Source: Camelus dromedarius
Lineage: Eukaryota
Length of the DNA stretch: 64,000 bases
Assembly: GCF_036321535.1 (NCBI RefSeq)
Contig: NC_087436.1
Coordinates: 94,242,001-94,306,000 of the forward strand
Reading direction: 5' to 3'
In this document: positions 38,100-52,800 of the stretch, one piece after another
Layout of the letters: each line of letters starts with the position of its first letter
Position numbering within the stretch: position 1 is the stretch's first letter
The notes under the pieces: generated by a model
The model's database searches: none
The model's input: the letters and a program-made list of their open reading frames with translations, nothing else
Told to the model about the DNA's origin: nothing
Made by a program: the position numbers and the translations under genes

Positions 38100-39700
38100 A
38101 TTTTTAATTTCATTAATTTACTTCTTATTTCATCAGATAATGTGACCTACAAAATTTTCAACTTTTAAATTTTATTATTGGGATTTTTGGTGGCAAAGTT
38201 TCTGACTAGTTTTCATACATAGTCAATGGCCACTGTGAAATATATATGTATTCTCTGTTTGAAGAATGTAAGGTTCTGTATATATTTATTAATGTATATA
38301 TGTTGATTATATTAATCTTTGTGTAGTCTTTCTTATTTTGTCTCTACTAGATCAGTCTAGTTCTGAAAGAGGTATAATAAAAATCTACTCTAATTTTATT
38401 TTTAAGAAGTTGTCCTTACATATATTTAGTTATCCATACATTTATGTTCTTATAATATTTAGCTATTATATTGTTTGATGCATATCTCTGTATGTTACAT
38501 CTTTTATAGGCATTGTTCTTCTTCCTGTTCATTAATAGTTCCACCTTGTCTGATATTAATATTGCTTCTCCTAGTTTTAATTTGTTTGCATTTCTGTGGT
38601 ACTGCTTTTTCAATCTCTTTATTTTATAATAATTTTTATTACATTTTGTGAGCTTCTTGAAGACAGCATATAGCTGAGTTTGTTTTTAACCTAACATGGC
38701 GATCTCTGTCTTTTGATAGGAAAATTGAGGTCATTTGCATTTAATATAATCACTAATATTCTTAATTTATTTCTTCTCTCTTGCCTATGTTTACTATTGA
38801 CCTTACTTCATTAATTTCCCTTTTTCCTTTAATTTGTATTTACTAGTATGATCAAGTGATAATTTTTTCCCTTTTCTCCTTACAAACTTCAAATGATATT
38901 CTGCTTTCCCATTCCACTAGTGGTTATTTTCTTTTTTAATGTGCATCACAAAACATATATTTTATTACTAGTCTTAGATACTGTCTCCTCACCATGTTAG
39001 TCTATTTCCTGATACTTTCCCTCCACCTCAATAAGATAATATTTTTGGAATGCTTTTAATTTCCAATCCTCTTCCTCAAACCCCACCACTTGGGTTTTGC
39101 TGAGAAGTTTTGCAACTTCTACTTCCAGGCTCTCAATAGGTGAGTCTCATTTTCCTTATGAGTATTTATTTAACATATACAGTACACATTTCTAGCCAAT
39201 CTATCATTATCCATATTATTACAAAGTTCACTGTTCACTCACCACTTCTTCCTTTCTACTTCACCTTCTCCTTTCTTGAGATCTCTGTTCTCATTATTTT
39301 GTTGTTTAGCTAAACTCCTCTTTTTATGGCTTCCTTGGATGGGGCCTATGAGTGATATATTCCTGGTGTCTTTACATTTCTGCATCCCTTTCATACTGGC
39401 AAGTGAATGATGCGAGGCGGGAGAGAGACTTCTGAGGTAACATCTCTGCTGTCAGTAGGTATAGACATTATTCCACTGTCTGATGCCCGTCTGAGTCTTT
39501 TCCTTTTATAAATAATTTCTTATTTCTGTCTAGAAACTTAAAAGATTTCTCTCTTCAACCTTGGGATTCAGGAATTCTGAAAGAATATATTTAAATGTGT
39601 GCCTGTTCTCATCAATCATGCTTAGAACTCAGTGTATTTTCAACTGCAAATTCAAGTCTTTATTCAGCTCAGGATAATTTATATCTATTAAATTTGACTT
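38100..39700 (-). mobile_element. Highly decayed ancient L1 fragments
   Basis: T-rich sequence with antisense L1 endonuclease-region remnants (ORF 38416..38613 has AILISDKV). Boundaries approximate. Confidence 0.6.
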
Positions 39701-40347
39701 TTCCCTTAGAATTCACTCTGGAATTCCTATTACATATTCCATCTCCAGGATCTACCCCTACCCTTTCTTCTAGCAGTCAAAGTAGCCCTCTAACAGCTTG
39801 GAAAGGTATATTAATGCTTTTCCTGAAAATATTGTATCATCACAGAGATCAGCTAAATTATCTAACTATAACATTTGGCAAAGCAGCCTACAGTGAATAA
39901 TACACATAAGATACACACTAGATAATTCACTCTATCACGTATGACATTTTCCCTATATTTTAAAATATGCATCTAATATATATACATTTTAATATTCTAA
40001 AAGCAATACACACAGTTTTTTTTTTAATCTGTTCAGACAATGAAAGTAAAATCTCCCTCTCCCACCTCTGACTCCCCAGACCCACCCCTAAGGTAACCTG
40101 CTCTACATGGTTTCTTATAAAACCTTTCAGAAATTCCTCATGTGTAACAGGAACAAGATTATCACTGTGGGAGTATTCATAGCTTCTTTCCACCCTCCTG
40201 CCTACCAACAGAAATGCTGACAATTGCACCCTGACCCCTTCCCACCTCCTACATTCATACCCTCCCCCAACCTAGTTATGCAGATAGGACAAATAGGGGT
40301 GAGGGGGCTTAAAAGTTAAAAACCAAAGGTGAGTTAGGAGATTTACA

Positions 40348-40835
40348 TGTTAAAGGTCCAGGCCTATTCACTACAGGGAGGGAAACACACCCCATCAAGT
40401 GAGGGTCCTTGGCTCTGCACGGGAAAGAACTCAAGAGCCAGTCATAGTTAAGTAAAAGTGGATTCATTCAGAAAGGTACATACTCCACACACACAGTGCG
40501 AGCTGTTTCAGAAGGCAAGAGAGAGTCACCATGAAGTGCTGGGTTGTTAGTTTTTACAGGCTTGGTAACTTCCTATGCTAACAAGTGGGAGGATTATTCC
40601 AGCTATTTTGGGGAAGGAGTCCAAGGAATTTAGCCATCACCTACTTTTTGACCTTTTATGGCCAGCCTCGGAACTGTCGTGGCACCTGCGGGTGAGTCAT
40701 TTACCATGCTAATGTATTACAATGAGGGTGTAATGAAGCTCAAGGTCAACTGGAAGTCAAATCTCCCGCCGTCTTGGTGCTAATTGCTGTGTCATTCGTT
40801 ACTGGTTGTGCCCTGCCCCCTTCCCTCCTGTCTCA
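40348..40835 (-). mobile_element. ERV-type LTR (family not assigned), may extend to ~40143
   Basis: TG...CA bounded segment (minus strand begins tgagacaggagggaagggggcaggg) that interrupts an old L1-like flank. No clear TSD found. Confidence 0.55.
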
Positions 40836-42260
40836 TCTCCATGTGTGGGTTTGCATTCCTGTGTGTGTGTGCACATGTGCACACATAGAAAGAGATGTAT
40901 AGTATATAAGTGGATTTATCTACATACACCTTTTTTAAAAAACATGAATGGGATCATACTGTAAGTACCCTTTTGTACCTTGCTTCTTTTTCCCTTAAAC
41001 ATACAGATTTATTTATCTATATACAGCCTGCTTCCCAAAAAGATCTGAGTTAGTTTACAGTGAAATCACAGGTACAGGACCTAAAACTATTAAAACGACT
41101 CCAAGGACAGGAACCAAGAAATATAAGGGCCAAAGGAGAAACTATATTCAGAAATTCTAGAATAATTTCACTTCATGAGTGTGATTAAAAAGTTAATACA
41201 GTGTTTTAAAAATAGATTCCTAAGTAACCAAATGCCAGACATTATTTTTAAAGGGAAAAAGTGAATTTTACCTAAGAGAAGACAGAACACTGTAAAGAAA
41301 AATTTAGCCCAGGGCTTAAAAAGACAGTGGGCACTTCTTAACTATACAGCTCCACCTGCTTCAGAGTGTTAGCAAAGAAATTCAAGAGAGTGTCATTAAT
41401 TCTCAATTAAACTGATGTGAACAGGGAAACTGAGAAAATCCAAAATAGTGGGTGATTTTTAAAGTATATTTCATTGGTTTTTGTATATTCAAATGGATAA
41501 ATGAACAGAAAAGAGTGACTTCAAACGTAACAGTGAAATCCCACTGCAAAGAATTATTTCTGAGACACCAAGAAACTGTGCATTTACCACAGTCCTCTCA
41601 GCTCCTCCCGATGACCCCATCCATCTCATCTCTCTAGTCAGTGCAAAACAGCACATTAAAGCAGAACTATCCTTATAAATCCTTCCTCAAAGTGGGGCTG
41701 TGTTGAGTCAGATCCTATCATGTGAAGGATGGAGAGCATGCAAATAAAGAAAACATTTTTTAATCCATGCATATATTCAGCAGCCTGGCTTTCCATCTTC
41801 CCCTACACTCCATTGCCTGTCAGCTTCCTGGGCAGTAGGTACATAAAGTGGATGATCCAGAAATGTGGGCCTTCTGCACTCTGAAAATCATCATCTCCAT
41901 GCTCAGCCACAAATCAAACTCTGTTGGGAACAAATATCTGCATCCCTAATATCTTACACTGTGAAATTCTCTCCCTACCTGCAACCTCCTTCCACTTTCC
42001 CTCTCCCTCACTGTTCTGAAACTATTCTTTACCTTTACTATTCATCTCCATTTCCTCAGTCTACCAGCCCCTACTGGGTGCCACTTGACTCAGTCTGAAT
42101 CACAGCCATTTCAACTTCACATACAGCACCCTAAATTCCTTCCTTCCCACATTGACCCCCTACTGTACCATCCTGCCTGCAAACTACTAACCCTACTTAA
42201 TCCAACTGATGTCTCTATTTCTCCTCCCTGACTCCTCAGACTTGCTGGAGAAAAAGCACT

Positions 42261-43160
42261 TGCCCCTGATTTCTGGCAGAGAGCTCTTGAAACCCTTGTA
42301 ATCCCCTAAGTAATAAGAACACAAGGAGCACCTTTTAGTCTAATATTTGTCTGTCACTCGGTTGCTGACACAGGGCTCCTAAAGCCTCTATAAATTCCTA
42401 AGCAATAAGAGCACTAGGAGAATCTTATTCTACGGAGGTGACTCTGAGTGGGCTCCTGGATGAGGGCTGGTCACTAGAAAGACCAAGTCATGATTAGAAG
42501 CTTGGAATTTTCAGTCCCTCATCCACCAGAGAGGGGAGAGGGGAGGAAAATGGAGTTCATAATTGATCATGCCTACATGAGGGAGCCTCCCTAAAATCCT
42601 GAGGGGTCTGAAGAACTCCCAGGTGGGTGAACACATCCACGCCAGGAGGGTGATACACCCCAACTCCTCAGGGACAGAGTCTCTTGAGCTCAGGACCCTT
42701 CCTCTATGTATTTCATCTGGCTGTTTATCTGTATCTTTTATCACATCCTTTAACAACCTGGTAAATATAATGAAGTGTTTCCCTGAGTTCAGTGACCCAC
42801 TCCAGCAACATAAATGAAACTGAGGAGGGGGTCATGGGAACCTCTAATTTGTAGCCAGGTCAGACAGAAGTTGTGGGTAACCTGGGGACCTAGTACTTTC
42901 AACTGTCATCTGAAGTAGGGCAGGGGGCTAGTCTTGTGAGACTGAGCCCTTAACCTGTGGAATCTGATTCTCTTTCTGGATAGATAGTGTCAGAATTGAG
43001 TTGATTGTAGAAAACCCACTCATGTCACAAACAATTGTTTGGTGTGGGGGAAAACCTCCACACATTTGGTGCCCAGAAGTGAAGTGTTCTGTGTGAATAG
43101 TAAGGGAGACACACGGAAAAGAAACACACAGGAGGAAAGACTGGGTTTTCCTATATAACC
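42261..43160 (+). mobile_element. MER21-like LTR
   Basis: gggctggtcactagaaagaccaag...gattagaagcttggaattttcagtccc and tgtttccctgagttc motifs as recalled for MER21. Confidence 0.7.
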
Positions 43161-46100
43161 ATAATATCATCCTCTCTAATAGAAAGGAAAAATATAAAGT
43201 TATTTAAGATTATTAAGTACCTAAACAATGGTCACATTGCTAGTTGTCTTGTTATTGTCATAAATTTTTTATAGTTTTTTTTGCTGAACCCGCAACCGAA
43301 ATAAGGGCCACAAATTGCAATTGGCTAATATGCCTCTTAAGTCTTAATTATAGGTTCCCTTTCCATTTGTGGGTTTTTTTTTTCCCCATTGTAATTTATT
43401 TGAAGGAAATGTTAGAGTTTCTCATAGTCTATATTTCGGTAGTGGCATCCTATGGTGTTAACATATTCCTGTGCCCTCTGTAATTCTTAGGAATTGGGTG
43501 TTGAATCTATAGGTTTGATCAGATTTAGGTTCAATTTGGTTTTATTTTGGGCAATATGTGGTGATTTTCACTGATTTTTGAGCATCTGATTCTATGTACT
43601 AGGTATCTTTCTGGGATAACAGAAGCCACCAAAAAAACAAAAACAAAAACAAAAACAAAAGCATAATATTCTGCATTCAATCAGATGGGACCACAACTAT
43701 AGAGTTAATGGGGATAAACAAACTGACCCATCATTTGGACATTAGGGGCAGAAATCTTTCCTAACATATTATTTAATTGATCTTTTAAATTAACTGTGCT
43801 CTAAAGAGGTAGCATCACCAAAAGAGAAGCCAGTTCATTAGCTTCCATAATGGTCCGGGTAAAACGTATCTTGCTTTTCTCTTGATAAACTGTTAAGTCT
43901 AAACTTCCTAGACTTCCTAAACTGTTGATTTTAGCTTATATAAAGCTGAGGGTAGGAAATCTCCCAAAGGCTATTTGGATAATGGCTTCCATAACTTTCT
44001 TGGTCAAAATTATAACATGTGTAACTAAATCCCAAAATCTGCTTTCATTGCTGACTGTTACAGCCAAACACAGGTCTCCCAAGACACACTTTACTGTTTT
44101 GTCTCTCGGGAGCATGATGTTTTCAGTAAGATTTAAATAGCTTAAGATCCTAGATAACCTCTATTTTATTTCACTTTACTAACCTGGCCAAGAAGTTTTA
44201 GCAACCTCATTCTATTATTAGTCAGGGTTCAGTTCAGGGAACAAGAACAATTCTTGGTACTTTTTCAGAAAGAGATCTCAGCTTGTAATCATTGGCTCTA
44301 CCACCCAGTTTTAGCATTAGCATTAGCCAGTTGGGCAAATTGAACCCAAACCAAACTAAAACATGTCTAGGCATCAGTTCCTAGAAACAAGCAGACTTTG
44401 GCCTCCCCTGAGCCCTGGACCACCAAATTATTTTACTCAGTGGACTTCACAGCAGAGGGTTGTTAGCCATTCTCCCTACTTCATGGCACACTATCAACTT
44501 TGGTCAATGTAAGGACCCTACAATTTATTGATTTATTCCTTTCTTGCTGCCTTCCTCATTTCCATGCCCTTTCCCTACCCCCAGAAAACTCTGTATTTTT
44601 CATGTGTATCTGTTTTTGTAAAGCATGCATTGTTGTTTTGTGTGCATGTATTTTTAATTCACATAAATAGAATTGTGCTGTGTATCTTTTTTTCACATTC
44701 ACTGTTTTTATCTACGTTGCTGTGTGTCCATCACGCCCATTGCCTCTAACTCCTTCACAGCACTCAATAGTGTAGTATCCACCAGCTTCACATTCCCTAA
44801 GTGATGAAGACCCAAGTACCTCCAGTTTCCCGCATCCCTGCGACCCTGTCTGGAAATTCCTTTGGATATACCCAGCAGTCTGGTTGCTGTGTGACTAGCT
44901 ACATAAACATCTGAACCTAACTAAGCACTACTAGAACGCTCTCCAGGCCTCTCACAAGTCTGCGCTCCCATCAGTAGTGCATGAGAGTAATGAGTAGCAT
45001 TATCCGGGTTCCCATTTTGCCAGACTAACACATATGAGAATATTTCATTTTTACTTTAATTGTATTTCTCTTTTTAGGAATAAATTTGAGCACCTGTTTA
45101 TTGGCTTATTAGCTTTTAGCCTCCCATTCTGTAAATGGCCTTATATTCTTTGACTCATTTTCCATTTTCACAGAAGTTCTTCTTATACTTAGAAATTAGT
45201 CCTTTGTCATTCAGACATTGCAAATATTTTCTGCTATCACTCATGATGTTCTTCATTGGGCAGGAAACCTTAATTTTGTTATCAAATGCATCAAATTTGC
45301 CTATGGCTTTCATTTCTGGGGTTTTAAGTTCCTCCCCATCCCTACATCACAAAAATGTTTTCCAAAACTGTATATGATATTTAATGAAATCTCAGATGCC
45401 ATATGTAAAGATGCACACTGATTTCAGAGATGTTTAACTGTGGAAAAGAATGGCCAATGGCAATTGTAAAAAATAATCTATGGTAAGATTCATCTTGATT
45501 TCAGAAATAATAAACTGATTTCTAAAGTTGATGCCACATACAATTAATTTTATAGCTTTACCTGTCACAAATGTATCAGAATTCTTCTGGAGCCCACCTA
45601 TGTTTACTGTTAGGTAGGAAGCCAGTTTGATTTTAATTCATATAGATCCAGTTTCCAATCTCAGGAGGAAAGATTTCAGCATTTTACCTTTAAGTATACT
45701 TGTGCTTTGTAAATAAATATTTTTTATCAGATGGAAGTAGTTCCTGTCTATTCCTAATTATCCAAAATATTTTTATAGGATAGGTGCTGAATTTTATCAA
45801 ACACTGTTTCCATATCTAGGAAGTTAATGATTTTTTTCCCTTTTTCCTTCCCTTATGTTAATATGGCAAATTATATCCTTGTATTCCTGAAAAATCCACG
45901 TAGTTGTGATATATCACTGAATTTGTCTTTCTAATATTTTGTTAGGATTTTTGCATATATGGTAGTTAAGAACATAGGATATATCTTTACAGGGCTGTTT
46001 TAACCTATCTGCTCTTTTGTCTCTAATAGTTACTATTCTTGGGTGAATTAGTTCCTTGTATGCTTGCTTATTTTTTTATTGTAAACTGCTTGTTTTCCTT

Positions 46101-46364
46101 GGAAATTATTTGTGAAAAAAAAATTGTTTTTAATCCTCCAAGATGAAGGCATATTCTTCCTGAAAAGATCTGCGTTTGCCTCTGCCAGGCAACTAAGGCT
46201 GGGACCTCTTCAAACGCAATTCGTTGAAGTTTTTTGTACTACAGAGGTCATGTGACTTTGGGCTGCTAATCTGTGAGGGACAGTATTGGTTATAAGTGTT
46301 TTAAGATTTTTTCTTTCTTTTTTTTTTCTTTTGGTCTCTTGCTCTGCCAAGGCAACATTCCTTG

Positions 46365-47970
46365 CAAATACAAAAGATAAGAGACTACTATGAACAATTC
46401 TATGCCAACAAAAAGAAACGGATAAACTGCAACCTAAAAGAAATTGATAAATTCCTAGAAATGTACAACCTACCGAGTCTGAATCACAAAGAAATAGAAC
46501 ATCTAAATAGACCAATAAGTAAAGAGACTGAATCAGTAATCAAAAACTTCCCAACAAAGAAAACTCCAGGACCAGAGAGTTTCATGGCTGAATTCTACTA
46601 AATATTTAATGAATTAACACCAGTTCTTCTCAAATTCTTCCAAAAAATTGAAGAGGAGGGAACTCCCAAACTCATTTTATGAGACCAGCATTACTCTGAT
46701 ACCAAAGCCAGAAAAAAATATGAGAAAAAAAAAAAAAAAAAAAAAACTACGGACTAATACCCTGATGAACATAGATGAAAAATTCCCAACAAAATACTAC
46801 CAAACTGAATTCAACAGTGTGTTAAAAAGACCACACACCACGATCAAGTGGGATTTATCCCTGGGATGCAAAGATGATTTAACATACATAAATCAATAAA
46901 TGTGATAAGCCAAATTAACAGAATGAAATGAAAAAATCATTTGATCACCTCAATAGATGCAGTGTTAGACAAAATTCAACATTCTTTCATGATAAGAACA
47001 CTCAACAAAATGGGTATAGAAGGAGCATTCCTCAACATACTAAAAGCCGTATATGACAAACCCACAGCTAACATTATACTCAATGGTAAAAGACTGAAAG
47101 CTTTTCCTCTATGATCAGGATCAAGACAAGGGTGCCCACCCTCACTACTCCTATTCAACACAGTACAGGAAGTCTTAGTCAGAGCAATTATGCAAGAAAA
47201 AGAAATAAAAGGCATCCAAATCAGAAAGAAAGAAGTTAAACTGTCTGTCTGCAAATGATGTGATCTTATATAGAAAATCCTAAAGATTTCACCAAAAACT
47301 GTTAGAACTAATAAACACATCGATAAAGTCCCAGGATACAAAATCAACATACGAAATGCAGTTGTGTTTCTATACACTAATAATGAACTATCTGACAAAG
47401 AAAAAAGGAAATAACCCCATTTACAATAGCATCAAAAACAATAAAATACTTACAAATAAACTGAACCAAGGAAGTGAAAGATATGTACACTGAAAACTGT
47501 AAGATGTTGATGAAGGAAACTGAAGACACAAACGAAAAGATTATCTCATGTTCATGGGTCAGAACAGTTAACATTAAAATGCCCATACGATCTAAATCCA
47601 TTTATAGATTCAATGCAATTCCTATCAAAATTCCAATGGCATTTTTCACAGAAATAGAATAAACAATCCTAAAATTTGCATGGAACCACAAAAGACCCTG
47701 AATGGCCAAAGCAATCTTGAGGAAGAACAAGGCTGGAGGCATCACACTTCCTGATTTCAAACTATATTACAAAGCTACAGTAATCATAAACACAGACACA
47801 GGGATCAATGGAACAAAAGAGAGAGCCCCAAAACAAACCTACTATATCTGACAAGAGAGCCAAGAATACTCAAGGGGAAAAGAATACTCTCCTCAATAAA
47901 TGGTGTTGGGAAAACTGGATATTCACATGCAGACGAATTAAACTGGACCCCCATCTTACATGGCTCACAA
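46365..47970 (+). mobile_element. Degenerate L1 ORF2 fragment covering the reverse-transcriptase region
   Basis: Frameshifted ORFs give ORF2 peptides: [60 protein letters not shown]. Confidence 0.95.
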
Positions 47971-48619
47971 ACTTTAAATTCAAAGCAAGATTACCCAGAA
48001 GAGTGCTCCACAACCTATGAAAGGTGCAATTGTATGGTTATACATATACAAAAGCCATAAATTTGCAGTGTTTAATCTTTTCCCTACAAAAAAATCATAT
48101 AAAAAATTTCAATCGAGAGAAAAATTCAAATTTACCTCCTCCCCCCTAAAGTTGCTTATTCTCCCCAGTGTTTCCACAGTTCTTTATAAACAGCATCTAG
48201 TTCTTAATACATATACATATTTACATCTCCCTACTCCAGTTTACTTAGCTTTAAATCACTTGTACCAAGTACTAAGCTTTTTTATTAATGAATGTGATTA
48301 ATAAATGTTTAATTAAAGAAAACAGAAACGTCACTATGCAAATATATTAGCTAAGCAGTATCACTAGAAATAACTTACTTAATCTAGGTGCCACAACTGA
48401 GTTATTAGATCAAAAGTGATCCAATTAGCAGTTAAGTCATCAAGTGAAGCCCATTCCATTAGCCATGTAGGTTACTGATATTACTTGAATATTTAAGTAA
48501 AAACACATACAACTGTGATTTTCTTTTTATTATTCCTAGTACATAGCAGTCATCAACAAAGATCTGTTGAATAAACGTATAAAAACTAATTTTCATATAA
48601 TCTGCATTCAGTGATCAAA

Positions 48620-49080
48620 AATGATGTAGCAGAGACTGCTATTCATTTCCCTAACATCCATTCTCTTTCCTCCAAGAGAATGCCCAAAGTTTAGCTGATG
48701 ATATGGCAGTCTGAAATAAAGACAATTTCCCAGCCACTCTTGCAGCTAGATGTGACCATGTGACTAAGTTCTGGCCAATAAGATGTAAGTGGAAGTGTCC
48801 TTTGGCAGCTTCCATAATTTTTCTATAAAAGATCCTTGGCACGTGCCCATTGCTCCTGTCTTTGTCCTTCTCCAACAGAATGTACTTATGAAGATTGGAG
48901 CTGCAACCACCCACCCTGCTTTAGGAAAATGAGGGCCACATCTTGGATATGGTAGAGTGGTGAGCTAAAAGGATCCTAGATCCCAAAAAACTCCATGGAA
49001 ATGAGCACGTCCATCAGTCCTGGACTCTGTATCTCTGGAATTTTAGATTAAGAGAGAAAGAAACTTTCATCTTTGCCAGT
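48620..49080. mobile_element. Old MLT1-family LTR remnant (related remnants near 5030-5880, 28000-29080, 37100-37620)
   Basis: tttcccagccactcttgcagctagatgtgaccatgtgactaagttctggccaataagatgtaagtggaagtg. Confidence 0.65.
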
Positions 49081-49859
49081 GGGAAAACCCATAATACCAG
49101 CTTCCCTTGGATAAAGGAGGAAGACAGGTTTATAACTGAGACTTTCACAGACATATACTGTGGAGCCACATCTCTCTCCACTGGGGATAACAGGGTATTA
49201 GAGCTTTTTCAGTAATTATTCTTACTCTTATGACAGACGCAGTCGCTCTATACTAGGAATCAGAGAACCTAGGTTGAAGTCTTACCTGTGTCACTAACTA
49301 GGCAAATCAGTCTAAGTCTCTGTTAGACACTTAGGTAATAAGATTCTCCTGAATCTTAAAATAATGTATATGAAAATATTCCACAGTATAAATCACTATA
49401 CACAAAATAGCTGATGAGAGTAATTATAAGACACCTGTGGATAGAAGCTCTGTCTCATTCTGTATCCCTAGTAACAAGTGTTGAATAAACATTTTCTGAA
49501 TAAATATTTTAAGTCTTTCTTGAAAAAGTAAATTATTCTACTTTGGAACTGACTAAAGTTCAAAGGTCTTTAATATTAATTAAAATACTACTTAAATCCT
49601 TCAGGGACACAATTCTTACTTCTGACAGTTAAAAAATTCAAAGGTGTGAAGAGCTAAACCTAGTTAATCCATTTATCTGGTTCCAACGTAAACCTCTATT
49701 TGCTACAGCAAAATAATTTAAACTAGAATAAAAGTTGTGGAGAAAAATGAAATTTTTATGACCCTTTTCCCTCGAAATTAGAAAGTTTCACATAAAAATA
49801 TACGTTCATATTTAAGCCACTAACTCTACCACATCAAATGAAGGATATCCTCACACTGG

Positions 49860-52800
49860 ACAGTGACTAAAGTATTTTATTAAATTAAGGTATGTAATTT
49901 GCAAATGGTTTCATAAGAAACTTTAAAAGCAAACTTATAAAACATTTTCAATAAAAAAGTACAGAGTTAACAGCAAAATTACATTTTCTTTACAGTACAA
50001 ATAAAAACATTTTGTTTGTGATACACTGCCTGAAAATTTTATAATATATTCTCCAACTGACAGCTGCAATATATTTTAATGAGAAGTCTCATGGTTAATT
50101 CAATCACTTGTTAATAATGGGTTCATCATTTGGACCATAAAAGTCAATTGCTCAACTTTAAGGTAAATAATAAAATTTGTCATCATATAATGTGAAGTTA
50201 TAAAAGGCTTTTAGGGATGTAGATGTATTCTAGCCTTGTTTCTCTAATAAATTCTGCAGAGACAATGAGTAATACTGTAAACTTGAATTACACTTTAAAA
50301 ATAAGCACCATTAACATACATTCTACATGAACTTACTTCACGATTTAAATGACAATTTTTTTGGCCACATAAACATTTAAATCTGTGTTCTTTACGATGT
50401 AAATAAAACTAAGCAATATTTAACCACTACACAGAAAGATTATCAAACTTCACCTCATTGCACAATGGAAAAGCACTTAGAAAAAGCACTTGGAAAAAAT
50501 AGTACACCTTATTTTTGTGTTTTTATACATTATGTCATTTTTCTTAAGTTGAGAGCAGTTAAAACATTGTCAGAGCAATTTCCTGAGTTTCAAAGTTTCC
50601 AATTTCCAGCTCAGAAATAATCAGTCTTGCTATTATACATGTTCTTTTTCTAAGCATAAAACACACTTGAATTTAAAAAGAAAAAGATCAAAAGGATCAG
50701 AAACAATCCAACAGAATTATTTAGCTTTTCTTCTCAAAATGTGTTATAATACACAAGACATTTTAACATATAACTCAGGATTTCTAGTATACAATATGTC
50801 CTATATTTAAAGGCCATAGAATTGCAAGTAGTATTGAAACACTAATAAATTGAAGAAACCTCAACTTGAAAATAATAGAGATATAAGAACAGCCAATAAA
50901 TGTAAGACAATATGCTTCCATTTCTCACAGTGAAGTAAGGAAATGAATAGATTGAAAATACTGTTAAGAGTCCCCTCGGTCCAACTCCACTTCCCCTGCG
51001 GTTTGCACACTAGTTCTCTTTTTACCCCCAGTAGATCCTGGTAACAGACGACTGAAGGAATATAATTGTTACTAAAACCTTCCAAACTACAGAAGTGTTA
51101 TACTTTTTAAAATATTAATAAGTCTGCAAAAAGCCATTTTTAATGAATCATGTATTAGCACAAGCACACCAGTACAAACATGAAACCTGTGTTTACTTTT
51201 GATCTGTAAGATTTAGAAATGGGCAGAAGAGAAAACTCTGATAATCCCCAAACTCTGTTTCCCATCAGCATATATGATTAGAAATGGGTAAAAGAAGAAG
51301 GAAGCAATTATAAAATTTTCTTTCACAACTATGTGTTGCTTAAACTCTGCCAGGTAGTGGTGTCGGAGGCAGTTTGGTATTCAACAATTTCATAAAAACA
51401 CTTATGATACTCAAACTTTGTCTATATTTATGAATGACGATTAAGAAAGAATACCCTAGATACATCAAAAAAAGCATAAAATTAAGAGTTGATACAGTAT
51501 AAAGCACTGCTTCTTTCATTTGCTTTCTGCCCACAAAATACCTCACCTCTTGTTCTTTTTGACTGCTCCCACATTAATCATAATTATAGTAAATAATATT
51601 GAAATAAGTCTAGTTGAAGTGCTCAAAGCTGTTTTTTTTTAACTAGGTGAGGAAAGACAAAAACATAGAAAATGAGTATGCAGCAGTACACACTCGAATA
51701 ATTCTAGGTTTCACTATTGTTATTCACATTTCTTAAATCATATCAATTTATACACAGAAATATTTTATTTCATTAACTAAAAACTATAGTTTTATAATAA
51801 GTTGTTGAAAAGAACTGCTTTATTTTTAATGTATACAACTCTTCTAGACATTACAAAAAACGTGCCAAATTGCTGGCATTTTTTAAACAAATTACTATAA
51901 ACATAATGTGAATACTTCAATACCAGTCACTATTTCTAAGTAATAAACATATATTTTTATTTTTGTGGGAATAAATTCAATGATGTGGCACTTCTTTTAC
52001 AAGCATGCTTTCATGATATATAAAAATGTTTTTTTGAGTTTTATTTTCATTAAAATGTCTGTTCTTTTGGGAAACCATTCTGTAATTTAGGATTCTTTCA
52101 GTAACAGCTGAATCCTATAATTCCTGATCCAAATGCTTTTTTAAGCTTATCAAAAAGCAACACAACTGTTTGCTAAAATTATATATGTTTAAGATATCCC
52201 CCACATCCAAAGTTCAATTTATTTAAACCAGTGTCTTACACTGAAAAATTATACTTTACCACGTTAAACTTGTGTAAGGAAATTGTAACTGACATACTAA
52301 CAGGACTTTTCAGCTCACCAAAAACCAGAAGTAAATGAAAGTTTCCTTTCAGAAAGTTGGCTCTTTTTAAAAATAAAGGTAAAAAACTTTTCAATTGTAA
52401 GAATTTATGATTATATAAAAAAATGTTTTCTATATTTGTTTTAAGTCAATAGGATTCTGACTTACTGCAGTTTAGAAATTACATGCCTCAAATATAAAAT
52501 ATAGCTCTTTAGTACCGTCTTAAATACCACTTACAGAAGACAGTTCTATGAGACTTGAAGCAATTCTAGAAGACAGTAACAGTTGGTAGGCATCTAACCA
52601 TTTCTCCTTCTCTGAAAACTTTTTTGCCTATGAAAGGTATAAAACTGCAATATAAGCTCAGACCCCAATTTTACTCCTAGAAAATGCAGACACACAGAAC
52701 AAAGGAACAAAAGGTAAGAGATCAAGATTATATACACAGCAGAAGAAAGTACAACAGCACGTCTTCCTTCCTGTAGGACATGGCAAAATGATTTTTTCTG

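Noticed and set aside
46362..48020. Reverse-transcriptase-like ORFs as a functional gene
   Set aside because: Multiple stops and frameshifts; a dead L1 ORF2 fragment.
50468..50494. Tandem AAAAGCACTT repeats resembling miR-302/miR-17 family target sites
   Set aside because: AGCACTT is on the + strand, but N4BP2 mRNA is the - strand, so these are not target sites.
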